Positions 35,547-45,107 of a DNA stretch of 64,000 nt are shown one piece after another. Origin of the DNA: a virus; IMG/VR virus record IMGVR_UViG_3300028920_000043, positions 32,001-96,000 of that record. The stretch is one strand, 5' to 3'. The number at the start of each line of letters is the position of its first letter. Position 1 is the stretch's first letter. A model generated the notes under the pieces. It had not been told where the DNA came from. It did not search any database and saw only the letters and a program-made list of their open reading frames with translations. Both the position numbers and the translations under genes were made by a program.

Positions 35547-38254
35547 TCTCTGATCCTCTCTCTTGATTGTTTTCTTGTATTCAATTGCTTCTCCCATCTC
35601 TTTCGGAATATCAATGCATCAGAATCCGACTGCAGTCCCGAACGACTAAGAGACTCAAAATGAAATCCCTTAGACCAGGGAGTATACATAATCTTATATC
35701 CTTTTGATTTTGCTTTCATGCAGAAGTCAATATCGTTGAACTCAATCGCCATCTTCTCATCGAGTACAACTCCATCTTCCAATACTTTTATATTGATTAA
35801 TGCACAAGCAAACGTAACAGCGTCCACCTCCCTTACAAAGTTAACGGCTGAAGAATTACAATCGAATTGGTAGTAATCGTGAATAGCACCTATATCCGAT
35901 ACCAAGCTGACTCCTGCATGCTGAATTCTATAACCATTCAGTATCCATGAGAAGTTAAAGAACATAGGCGCTCCTAAAGAATGCTTCAAAGGATATAATA
36001 ATTGAGATCCGACTATGCCCACTTTCTCATCTTGTGTTACAATAGATAAGAGTTCATACAACCAACCTGGTCCAACTATCACGTCATCATTAAGCAACAC
36101 CACATGAGTATAGCCCTTGGGGATATTATCTAGCAAGAAATTATTCATCTTCGAATAATTGAACTGCTCCTTCCATTCCCAATTAGTATATCCATTTGCT
36201 TCGATGATCTTATGGTTCGCCATCGTTCCGGGTGAGTCGTCAATATGATGGTGCATAACAAAGACATGATAATCCAATCCGACCGTTTCACGTTGAACCG
36301 AATCCAAACACGCTTTGAAATGCTGCGTCTTGTCCTTCGTCAAGATAAGTATGGCTACTTTTGGCTTTCCAATCACATCTCGATAGACGCGATAGAATCC
36401 GGCAGTCGATGTAGGCAAAAGTGATCCCTTGAAGTTGACTCGCTTCATAGAATCACGAACTGCTTTCTTTGCAAACTCATGAGCAAGCAGTTGTGGTTCG
36501 GCGCGCCCTGACGATGTATTGCTTCCGTGTATTCGCCAGTCAACCAATATCTTTGGAATGTGTCCGATCTCGTTGTCCTTCAGTGCTTCGGTTATCCTCA
36601 AGATGAAATCATAGTCTTGAGATCCTTCATACTCCGGCCGCGGATAACCTACTTTCTTGATTAACTTTCGGTCAAAGCATTTGAAGTGATTAATAAACAT
36701 TCCTTGCCAAAAGAAATCACGATTCCAATCCGGCTTCAATACCTTCTCGAATACCTTACCGGATGCATCTATCTTCTGCTCGTTTGTATAAATCAAACGG
36801 TACCGCGGATTGTCCTCAGCAAACTTCTCTATGCTCGCGAGTAAATTGGTATGTGCAATGTCATCCGAATCCAGGAATCCAATGAAATCGCCAGTTGCTT
36901 CTTCCAATGCTTTCTTCGTTGCAACAGGTATGCCTGAATTCTTTTTCAGATTGAATAACTTTATCCGTTCATCCTTCTCACTTATATGCTCTAGCAAATC
37001 CGAAGTGGATTTATTTGAACCATCATTTACTATTATCAACTCCCAATTAGTATAGGTTTGATCCAATACGGAATTGACCATATCACGCAAATACTTTTCC
37101 GGAGTGTTGTAACAAGGAGTGATTATAGAAAACTTAAGATCGCCCGACCTCTTTTCTGGTTCATTGGATATAAAAGCCGTATCCACATTCTCAACTAAAT
37201 CCACTACCGGTTTGCATCTATCCGCATAATCAAAGAATGAAAAGCGTTTGGCGAATCTGGCGCTTATTTCCGCTTGTGTAGGATCGTCCGGAGCATTTAA
37301 TACTTTATTTACTTTATCCGCCAATATCTCAAAATCTTTTAAGGGTGCATAAGTTACCAATCCCCCAAATACTTCCTGATACACAGGCAGATCAAATGCA
37401 ACCACCGGTGTTCCACAATACAACGCTTCCGCCACTGTCAATCCAAACCCTTCAAAGCACGATGGTGCAGCAAATACCTTTGCGCGCTTCAATGCTTTGA
37501 ACTTATCTGCATCATTGCTACCATCAAAGTATCTGACTTCATATCCTTTTGACTGCGCCGCCGCCTCTATTGCTTCGCGCTCTCCATTGGCCATCTGAGT
37601 CGTAAAGATATCAAGATACGTCTGATCCTCTACACGTTTAAGGGATCTCACCAATTTCTGGAAGCCTTTGTGCGCCGCACTCCTTCCAACCATGAGAATG
37701 CTATTATCGCGTTTCTTGGGTTTTGGTGCCTTGTCTGCGGCTAAAGAATTGATTGCTGGAGGAATGATAAGCTGAGTAGCTTTAGATTCTGAATACCACT
37801 CATTAAAATACTTCTTACCTTCCTCTGTGGAATGAATAATTACTGAGGCATCACTGAGAGCATTTCTCGTACCCTTCCAGAAATCATCTACCGTGTCATA
37901 TCCTTCTCCACGATACTCACGCATCCAATTAGGAGTATCAAAGAATAAGGCTACTAATGGTATTTGCTTGGAACGGGCGAAGTATGAAGCGTGCTCAAGG
38001 CCTTTGTATGGAGTTCCAATTACAAAGTCAAACTCATGGAAAAGAAATTCCTTTCCCCAATTTTCTCCTTCTATCCATGAGATTCTTCTTACCGCTTCAT
38101 ACCCAAAGAAGTCGGAATGAAAGGATGGCATTAAGTTAGTTACATAGAAAACATCAATTCCACTGTTTGCCAATGACAATGCAAACAGTAAAGCATGATA
38201 ACGCCCTCCGGTATACTTGCCCCGGAAGTTCTCGGAAAATAAGATCGCTTTCAT
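35528..38254 (-). CDS. Trimodular glycosyltransferase GT4-GT2-GT2
   Basis: GGRYHA and EGFGLTVAEA (GT4); FSIITPCYN, NDGS, FLDSDD, QDYDF (GT2); ILILTKD, LLNDDV, AVTFAC, NDIDFC (second GT2). Confidence 0.92.
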   Translation of the reverse strand: MKAILFSENFRGKYTGGRYHALLFALSLANSGIDVFYVTNLMPSFHSDFFGYEAVRRISWIEGENWGKEFLFHEFDFVIGTPYKGLEHASYFARSKQIPLVALFFDTPNWMREYRGEGYDTVDDFWKGTRNALSDASVIIHSTEEGKKYFNEWYSESKATQLIIPPAINSLAADKAPKPKKRDNSILMVGRSAAHKGFQKLVRSLKRVEDQTYLDIFTTQMANGEREAIEAAAQSKGYEVRYFDGSNDADKFKALKRAKVFAAPSCFEGFGLTVAEALYCGTPVVAFDLPVYQEVFGGLVTYAPLKDFEILADKVNKVLNAPDDPTQAEISARFAKRFSFFDYADRCKPVVDLVENVDTAFISNEPEKRSGDLKFSIITPCYNTPEKYLRDMVNSVLDQTYTNWELIIVNDGSNKSTSDLLEHISEKDERIKLFNLKKNSGIPVATKKALEEATGDFIGFLDSDDIAHTNLLASIEKFAEDNPRYRLIYTNEQKIDASGKVFEKVLKPDWNRDFFWQGMFINHFKCFDRKLIKKVGYPRPEYEGSQDYDFILRITEALKDNEIGHIPKILVDWRIHGSNTSSGRAEPQLLAHEFAKKAVRDSMKRVNFKGSLLPTSTAGFYRVYRDVIGKPKVAILILTKDKTQHFKACLDSVQRETVGLDYHVFVMHHHIDDSPGTMANHKIIEANGYTNWEWKEQFNYSKMNNFLLDNIPKGYTHVVLLNDDVIVGPGWLYELLSIVTQDEKVGIVGSQLLYPLKHSLGAPMFFNFSWILNGYRIQHAGVSLVSDIGAIHDYYQFDCNSSAVNFVREVDAVTFACALINIKVLEDGVVLDEKMAIEFNDIDFCMKAKSKGYKIMYTPWSKGFHFESLSRSGLQSDSDALIFRKRWEKQLNTRKQSRERIRECHQGL

Positions 38255-38292
38255 TTAATATTATCCTTGTCTTCATTTTAGCAATCCAACAT

Positions 38293-38339
38293 AAAAGAAA
38301 AACGAAAGGAGAGCGGCTGGTGAGGGCCGCTCCCCTTCC
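38293..38339 (-). terminator. Rho-independent terminator after the major capsid gene
   Basis: Minus strand GGAGCGGC-CCTCACCA-GCCGCTCT stem followed by CCTTTCGTTTTTCTTTT. Confidence 0.8.
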
Positions 38340-38360
38340 TAGAGGCGGAACAGAATCCTA

Positions 38361-39332
38361 TTAGGATGCTGAGGGCTGTTCCAGACTGTCGACCAGGCAC
38401 AATGCGTCCTGCCACCTGACCACGAAGTCCAGGCGCTCAGAAACCACATAGCGCATCTGATCTGTTGCGATCTCCTCATCCGAACGAATCTTGATGAGGC
38501 GCCGATCACCAATAACCGGCGATTCTTTCAGAAGGACAATTGCTTTTCCTTCCGGAGCGAAACCACTCTCGACTACGGGCACGCCGTAGACGTTTGTGAT
38601 CTGGCCGGTGGTGATTGTTGCTGCCGGGCCGTACTTGTCGACCGTGTTGATCTTGCTGTCTTCGCGCAACTGGTACGCGGAGTAGCTGTTCACAACACAA
38701 ACCAGCCGACCTTTGTTCCGGCCGTACTTGCCGAGACGATAGATCGCCTCATTGATATGGCTTGTGGTCATGGGATTGCCACCCGCATCCACCGGCGTTG
38801 CGGCACCAGCTTCACCTGCATAGGTGAAAATACCTTTGAAGGCCAGCCGTGCATCTTTGCTGTACCACGTGGTACTGGTAGCCGCGCTCTCATCATTGGT
38901 GAGAGGCGTGTGGGACGGATCGCCTTCCATGAAAGCCATCTCTTCAGCTTCCGCTGCCGCCAGCGAAAACTCTTCCAGGATGATATCCACAATATCAGGC
39001 TGGGAATCTTCAATCAGCTCTGTATCCAGGAGAACCTGAGACATGAGCTTCTTGGCAATCATCTGAACCGTGCCAGATGTGATACCGGTCTCAACTGCCG
39101 TGCTGCCTTCAGTTGCATAGTACACCTTGGCGCCTGAGGTCTTCTTCGGCAGATTGAAAGTCTTGGCCGGCATCTTGATTTCCCGGAACAACTGCCGTCC
39201 GAAATTGAGATCTCGGATATTGTCAATGATTTCCATTGCCAACGGGGTCGGCAGGAAATCCGGCAGATCCGAAGTGCCAAGAGCCTTCTGAAGAACCATA
39301 TCAGACTGGCTCGCTTTTTTCTTGCGCTTCAT
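38361..39332 (-). CDS. Major capsid protein (HK97 fold)
   Basis: LPTPLAMEIID, AKKLMSQV..ELIEDS, EEMAFMEGD, YGVPVVES, ERLDF; follows protease/scaffold. Confidence 0.93.
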   Translation of the reverse strand: MKRKKKASQSDMVLQKALGTSDLPDFLPTPLAMEIIDNIRDLNFGRQLFREIKMPAKTFNLPKKTSGAKVYYATEGSTAVETGITSGTVQMIAKKLMSQVLLDTELIEDSQPDIVDIILEEFSLAAAEAEEMAFMEGDPSHTPLTNDESAATSTTWYSKDARLAFKGIFTYAGEAGAATPVDAGGNPMTTSHINEAIYRLGKYGRNKGRLVCVVNSYSAYQLREDSKINTVDKYGPAATITTGQITNVYGVPVVESGFAPEGKAIVLLKESPVIGDRRLIKIRSDEEIATDQMRYVVSERLDFVVRWQDALCLVDSLEQPSAS

Positions 39333-39439
39333 CGAATGATACCTCCGTCTTGGTTAAAAAAGGTTTTGAAATAATGACCAACTACAATCACTTACTTACC
39401 GTTTTGTTTTTCAGCCTCCGCTTTTATTTAACGTTTGGC

Positions 39440-40825
39440 TTATTCGCCACGGTGTCCGGTGATATAGCTGTCCATCATTTTCTTCTTGAAAGCCTTCTGT
39501 TTGCTTTCGTCCATTTTCTTGAACTCGTCGGACTCCACAAACTCCTGTGCATCCTCCCAGCTCATTTCTTCATCGGAGTCATCTTCTTCGTCCTCTGCAT
39601 CCTCTGACTTGTTGATCTCCGACTTGCGAATCCGACCCTTGCGATCCGGAACGATCTGGAGTTTCTTGCACATCTTTTCACTGACCATGTCTGCCAGCTT
39701 CTCCATGTCAAGCTCTTCCTTCTCGTCACCGGCTTCAGATTTCTTGATCTTCTTGTCCTTTTTGGACTTTGAAGATTTCTTGACGGATTTCTTGTCCTTC
39801 TCGTCATCATCTCCATCTTCCAGGCCAACAAGAAGGTTTGTCAGATTCTGAAGCTCCTTGCGGGCTTCTTTATCCTTAACCATTCCCATCAGCTTGCCAA
39901 CGGACATGAGAGATTTGGACAGAGTAGAAAGACCTTTCTCAACATCATCTTTCTCGTCCTTGTCGTCATCTGACTCCTCATCGTCCGATGAATCATCATC
40001 CGATGAATCATCTTCCTCAGAGTCATCTGAATCTTCCTCATCCGAATCATCGGAATCGTCTTCCTCATCATCCGAGTCATCGTCTTCCTCCTCTTCATCA
40101 CCGGCCTTCTCATCATCTTCCTTCTTCGCGTCATCGTCACCGGCTTTGTCATCGTCCTTCTCGTCCTCTTTCTCTTCGTCCTCTTTCTTTTTGTCCTTCT
40201 CGTCCTTCTCGTCCTCTTCCTGCTTCTTGAGGTCTTTCTTTTTCTGCTCCTCATCCTCCTCATTCTTCTGTTTGATCTGCTTGCGAACTTCGCTGATCTT
40301 GCCTGCCATGAGTGTACCTCCTTCTTCCTTCCAATCAGTAATGGCTTTTTCGATATACCAGCGAATACTTTTGGCTTTAGGATTCGCTGGAACGGATACA
40401 AGTGAAACCTCGGTCAAGTACATCTCCTTGATGACCTGAATGACCTTCTTTGCTTCTTCGATATATTCCTCAGCGGCGTCAAGAACTTTTCCCTTGATGG
40501 AGAACTTGTTAAGAACTCCTTCTGTAATCTTTTTCCAGATTGCGGGAACAGTTTTGGAGATTAAAACCTTGATCCACAAACCATTATCCTTGACCTTGCT
40601 CTTCAAAACCTTACCAATTTCCTCATCAAGGTTATGGTTTCTCAAGACCGTAGAATTGTGTTCAAGATCTTTCTCGGAATTCTTGAGCGCCTCTTTGAGA
40701 ATCTTATCTCCCTGAAGGTCGATGTCCGTGGTAGCCGCGTAGCCTTCAATAATCCAAAGCCCTTCTTCGTCTTCATAAGACTTAATGATGTTTAGATCAA
40801 CATCAAAAGGGATTGCTACCTTCAT
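39440..40825 (-). CDS. Prohead protease fused to an acidic scaffold-like region
   Basis: IEGYAAT...DLQGD, NHN, FSIKG, EVSLVSVPANP; followed by a long D/E/K/S low-complexity tract. Confidence 0.92.
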   Translation of the reverse strand: MKVAIPFDVDLNIIKSYEDEEGLWIIEGYAATTDIDLQGDKILKEALKNSEKDLEHNSTVLRNHNLDEEIGKVLKSKVKDNGLWIKVLISKTVPAIWKKITEGVLNKFSIKGKVLDAAEEYIEEAKKVIQVIKEMYLTEVSLVSVPANPKAKSIRWYIEKAITDWKEEGGTLMAGKISEVRKQIKQKNEEDEEQKKKDLKKQEEDEKDEKDKKKEDEEKEDEKDDDKAGDDDAKKEDDEKAGDEEEEDDDSDDEEDDSDDSDEEDSDDSEEDDSSDDDSSDDEESDDDKDEKDDVEKGLSTLSKSLMSVGKLMGMVKDKEARKELQNLTNLLVGLEDGDDDEKDKKSVKKSSKSKKDKKIKKSEAGDEKEELDMEKLADMVSEKMCKKLQIVPDRKGRIRKSEINKSEDAEDEEDDSDEEMSWEDAQEFVESDEFKKMDESKQKAFKKKMMDSYITGHRGE

Positions 40826-40922
40826 CTTAACCTCCTTAAAAACTTTTGAACCACAAGAGTTCTCGGCGTCGCTCGATTAAAAATAAGAGTTCTCGATTTC
40901 TTCAATTCAAAATCCTATATTA

Positions 40923-42407
40923 TCATTTCGTAATATTGCCCGAGATTCTTAAATCTATCTCTCGGTTCTTTATTAAATCCAGCAGACGTTTGCGAATATC
41001 CAACTGCTCAGATCCTGATAGTCTCCAATATTCATAGCCTTCCGGAATTCGTTTTTTGATCTCACTGGGTAGTGCGGAAACGCCAAGAGGCGTAGTATAC
41101 TCTTTATCTATTACTGACTGTGTCAGTATTGAAGGCATTTGGTCGATGGGTTTCACTGCTAACCATAATGGTCCGCGTATATGATTGCAACTCGGAAGTG
41201 CCTGTTCCTTCCGCAGAAATGAGAATAACTTGCTTTCCAAAACATCCAAGGTCAGCTCTGTTATCTCTTGTTTCTGGAACCACATCTCGAATTGAATAGT
41301 ATTACTTCCCAACCGTCTGTCTACATATCCTGAAATCGTTCCTAACAGATCATATAAGGAAGAAACACCTGTCTCACTGTAAAGAGTTTCTTTATCAAAT
41401 GTACTTGCTAAGCCCTCCTCTCTTTCTCGTTGTTCTAACATGGCATCAAATGCTTGATAGCCTATTATAGGTTTACACAATTTATAAAAAGATTTCAGTG
41501 CTTCAGTACCAACAGTTATCCTTCTCAGGATAATGCGAAAGTTCAAAGCACTGCCCTTTAAGAAATACTCATGAGAAAGGAATTGTTGAATACCAAAGTC
41601 TATTGATCCAGAATCCACTACTGAAATGATTCCGGCAGTCTTATCTTCAGCATCAATAAATCCCTCATGCTTCATGGTGTCGATAGATTCTGGGATTCCT
41701 TTTTGAGCAAAGACCGATGTATTTATGACTCCGGATTGACTTGTTTCCGAAATCCATTTCCCACTCTCCCAATCTATCCTCCAATTATCAGAATCCAAAT
41801 CGTTCTGTTTTGCACGTTCAAGCGTATCGGTAGGCTTTTCAAAGGAAAGACGTTTCTGATCCTCCAATTTCCAGCATAAGCATTTCTTGCTGTCCTTGGA
41901 TGTGATTTTAAGATATGATTTAACTGAAGCATCTTTATAGATATGATGAACGCAAAAAAGAAAGTCATTCGATTCCGATGGATATTGAGAATACAAATCT
42001 CCTGCTTTTGCAAAATCTAAATCCCCCGGATTCCGCAGATCGATCTCAAAACCTTTTTCCGATACATACGAATAATTCAGAAGCTTTCGATATAGAATCA
42101 TATTGCTAATTATTCGATCTGATGCCGCTATGATATATCTGCCTGCTTTATCTATCTCGAGAGCTCCTGTTACCACGCGCTTTACAGCATCAAGAGATTT
42201 CGCTTTTATAATGAGTGAGGGCCCCTTCGCTGTTTGTTTTAGAATCAAAAACTCTTGACTATCGTAAGGCTTTGAATCCCCACGCCCATTGGACATTGCA
42301 GTAAGTTGAGTAATGGCAGTGTCTTCATTGGATCCGAGACTTTTTATCGTACCATCCGGTTGCAATGTCAAATAATTATTACTTGCAAGGGCAACCTCTA
42401 CACCCAT
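40923..42407 (-). CDS. Hypothetical head-module protein, possible degenerate LigD phosphoesterase-like domain
   Basis: FCVHH, CWKL, HEGFI, AGIISVVDSG, FLKG, WLAVK occur in the same order as LigD-PE motifs. Confidence 0.4.
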   Translation of the reverse strand: MGVEVALASNNYLTLQPDGTIKSLGSNEDTAITQLTAMSNGRGDSKPYDSQEFLILKQTAKGPSLIIKAKSLDAVKRVVTGALEIDKAGRYIIAASDRIISNMILYRKLLNYSYVSEKGFEIDLRNPGDLDFAKAGDLYSQYPSESNDFLFCVHHIYKDASVKSYLKITSKDSKKCLCWKLEDQKRLSFEKPTDTLERAKQNDLDSDNWRIDWESGKWISETSQSGVINTSVFAQKGIPESIDTMKHEGFIDAEDKTAGIISVVDSGSIDFGIQQFLSHEYFLKGSALNFRIILRRITVGTEALKSFYKLCKPIIGYQAFDAMLEQREREEGLASTFDKETLYSETGVSSLYDLLGTISGYVDRRLGSNTIQFEMWFQKQEITELTLDVLESKLFSFLRKEQALPSCNHIRGPLWLAVKPIDQMPSILTQSVIDKEYTTPLGVSALPSEIKKRIPEGYEYWRLSGSEQLDIRKRLLDLIKNREIDLRISGNITK

Positions 42408-42424
42408 GATTATTCCTCAAATTA

Positions 42425-42533
42425 TTCAAATTGAGCTAGTTCATTAGCTTTCATGCGTGAAAGCTTTTGAACTGGCTCTGTCCGAAACTTTCAAATTGGC
42501 CTAGTTCATTAGCTTTCATGCGTGAAAGCCAGT
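42425..42533. repeat. Palindromic repeat locus 4 (two units, 65-bp period)
   Basis: Cores GCTTTCATGCGTGAAAGC at 42447-42464 and 42512-42529. Confidence 0.95.
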
Positions 42534-42591
42534 AATCTGGGAATCTTTGTGTTTATATCTTAATCGAACAGTCCCAGGTTATTCTTAAATT

Positions 42592-42762
42592 TTATCCTTC
42601 AGTCTCTTCGCCAAATTCCTTAGGACGTTTTTTTCTACGTTTTAAGAGCCAAAGCTGAGACTCATCAGACGAATCCAATAAACCTACAACTCCTGGTTCC
42701 CGTTCTTTCTCATACTTCAACTGATCTTGATACATCTCATCAAACTTTTTCTTTGCCATCAT
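42592..42762 (-). CDS. Small protein (56 aa) directly downstream of MuF-ART; candidate immunity protein
   Basis: Below the ORF-track cutoff. MMAKKKFDEMYQDQLKYEKEREPGVVGLLDSSDESQLWLLKRRKKRPKEFGEETEG*, with an AGGA SD. Confidence 0.55.
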   Translation of the reverse strand: MMAKKKFDEMYQDQLKYEKEREPGVVGLLDSSDESQLWLLKRRKKRPKEFGEETEG

Positions 42763-42776
42763 AGATTTCCTATAGA

Positions 42777-45086
42777 TTAAGGCTGCGTCAAAGATAATAC
42801 CTTCAATGCTTTCTTACCCAAAAGAACGAACTCCTGCTCACCACTGTATCCAATACCCATCGGAGCTAATGCTCCCACTTCAGAGGCCGGAACCTCAACT
42901 TTCAAAACCATTCCATGAGCATCCTCAGCAAAACTCTTTGCTACACTCCTTGTCTGTGAAAAGCTGGATCCGGGAGATACTGCTAACTTCTTTCCTTCCA
43001 GCTTAGAAAGCGCTTGTACGACACCTCCAGGAGTCTTACCATAGGGAGATTGCTCAATAAGAGTAACCAATTCGTTATTCCCCAATCCCCTATAGAGTGT
43101 TATGGACTTCTTTCCACCCACTTTCAACAATTCTTTTGTGCCAGCTTCAGCGTAGTTTATAATGGAATTCAAGGTTGTCTCTACTTCTTCTTTAGTGAGA
43201 TTATATTTACGCATACTATCCTCAATAAATCTCTCATAGAAACCCTCAAATTTCTGTAGCTGTCCTTTATCCTTATCAATAAATCCAGTCATCTTTGAAT
43301 GAAATACAGGCCTCTTTGCTTTTAATGACATTGCTTTTCTCAGCATTAATTGTTGAGGCTCTTGGAAGCGCGTCCAATTAACAATAATCTCATGAGAAAA
43401 TCCAGACATGCTTCTTGCTTTGTTAGGATCAATTCCTGCTTTAACGTAATAATCAAATAACTCCTTACTGGTACTCTTTGCTGCTTCTCTATAATCCACA
43501 GGTGTCAGGGCTCTAGAAACAAAACTTTTGCTTACTCCTTGCTTTGCTATGGTATCAGCAATAGTCTGTTCCAAAGTTCTCTTCGGTTTCGGTTTTGCCT
43601 TTGGTTTCGGCTTGGGTTTCGGTTTTGGTTTTGGAACCACGTTTGCTTTAGGAATAACAACAGTGCTTCCTTGTCCCTTCTGGTACCCTGGTGGTATTAT
43701 ATTCTTATCAGCAAACTGATATGGAACCCAAGTACAACGGCAACGAGTATGTAAAGGTAATTGACCATAAGCTTTATTAATATCATAAATAGTATTTGCT
43801 TTTGGTTTGCAATACTTACAAGTCCGCTCATCCCAATGAATCAGCCACCGGACTTTAGTGACCCCCATTTTCTTATAACGATAAAGCTTCCCTTCATTAC
43901 TGGCACGTAAGACTTCTGTACGAGCAACACGTCCCGCCCAGTCCTTGTTGGTTATCGTATATGGTGCGGAGCCATCCTTCGGAACCACGCGCAATGGAGC
44001 ATTATATACTTCTTGAATTCTTTTCTTTAATTGTGGTACCGTCTCCCCCAGACGAATACCATCAATTAATTGAACCTTCAACCGTGAGTTTATATCTGCT
44101 GCTACTTTAGTTGATATAGCCGCGGATCTAGCACGAATAAAACGCAGTTCATTAGATGCTGGTGCTTTCCAAACAACCTTCAAACGTCCTTCGGCAATTG
44201 CCTTCTTATCCCCCTTAACAAATGCCTTGGCGGAATTCGCTGTAATGACCTTCTCCATCTCTTTCGGATTGATAGTGGAAATAACTTCAATATCCGAAAG
44301 CTTCGCCTTTTTCAACTCTGCTGGTAGCTTGAAATCCTTATATAAGTATCCGTCATCCTCTCTCCATGTGTAAGATACAAAGAACTCCTTGCCTTTTATA
44401 GAATCGATTATCTTATCCAAATCATCCTTTAATGATTTTCTGAATAGCCGCTCCAATGTAGCAATCGATTCTCTTTCCCACTTACGAAGTACGCGCTGAA
44501 TCTGATCGGATGTCTTTTCTTCTAAATCTTCAGTTTCTGCAAAGTAAAGATCATAATCCTTGGGCTTCTCTCCTTCCAATACCAATTCGGTATCGTCTTG
44601 CTTCTTTATTGATTTTTTCTTATCACTTATCAACATCAATTTAGCAAGATTCGGAAGATCGGTATACTTTATCTCTTTATCTGCGATCTGAATCCGTGAG
44701 GATGATTTCAATCCAACGGTATGCAAACCCATAAGTGCTTTTATTGTTTTCCGAAACTCAGCACTTTCCGTGAGAGAAAGCATACTATCATATTCCGGAA
44801 AAGAATTCAGAACCTGAAGAACTCCTGAGTTACTGAGTTTACATTTTATCCACGTCTGTTCTGGATTGAGTTTCCAGTTTCGCATTAATGAAAAAATACT
44901 ATCGAATTTACTGGAGCCCAAAACTATAGAAAAGTTATCAGGATTAATAACAATCAAGTCCGCCGGACCCGTATCGTATTCCCAATCCTCTACAGACTTG
45001 GAAAACTCGGATGAACGATAGCACAGATCCTGTCCTATCCCTACCGTACCATCGTTCCAAGGATTATTGAGTAAAGTATATTTCAT
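42777..45086 (-). CDS. MuF (SPP1 gp7-like) head morphogenesis protein with C-terminal ADP-ribosyltransferase domain
   Basis: RVARTEVLRASNEG, DERTCKYC, PLHTRCRC (MuF); (PK)n linker; LYRG...SSFS...GEQEFVL (R-S-ExE ART). Confidence 0.85.
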   Translation of the reverse strand: MKYTLLNNPWNDGTVGIGQDLCYRSSEFSKSVEDWEYDTGPADLIVINPDNFSIVLGSSKFDSIFSLMRNWKLNPEQTWIKCKLSNSGVLQVLNSFPEYDSMLSLTESAEFRKTIKALMGLHTVGLKSSSRIQIADKEIKYTDLPNLAKLMLISDKKKSIKKQDDTELVLEGEKPKDYDLYFAETEDLEEKTSDQIQRVLRKWERESIATLERLFRKSLKDDLDKIIDSIKGKEFFVSYTWREDDGYLYKDFKLPAELKKAKLSDIEVISTINPKEMEKVITANSAKAFVKGDKKAIAEGRLKVVWKAPASNELRFIRARSAAISTKVAADINSRLKVQLIDGIRLGETVPQLKKRIQEVYNAPLRVVPKDGSAPYTITNKDWAGRVARTEVLRASNEGKLYRYKKMGVTKVRWLIHWDERTCKYCKPKANTIYDINKAYGQLPLHTRCRCTWVPYQFADKNIIPPGYQKGQGSTVVIPKANVVPKPKPKPKPKPKAKPKPKRTLEQTIADTIAKQGVSKSFVSRALTPVDYREAAKSTSKELFDYYVKAGIDPNKARSMSGFSHEIIVNWTRFQEPQQLMLRKAMSLKAKRPVFHSKMTGFIDKDKGQLQKFEGFYERFIEDSMRKYNLTKEEVETTLNSIINYAEAGTKELLKVGGKKSITLYRGLGNNELVTLIEQSPYGKTPGGVVQALSKLEGKKLAVSPGSSFSQTRSVAKSFAEDAHGMVLKVEVPASEVGALAPMGIGYSGEQEFVLLGKKALKVLSLTQP

Positions 45087-45107
45087 TGATCTTCTTCGAG
45101 TAATAGA

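Noticed and set aside
39486-40439. Poly-Ser plus-strand ORFs and alternative-frame Arg/Met-rich ORFs
   Set aside because: Shadows of the GAT/GAG/AAG-rich acidic scaffold coding region.
42425-42533. Mini-CRISPR array (palindromic ~37-bp unit, 65-bp period; also at 60515-60627)
   Set aside because: The intervening sequences are homologous between loci (GCTCTG..GAAA.TTTCAAATTGG) rather than unique spacers; only two units per locus; no cas genes in the window.
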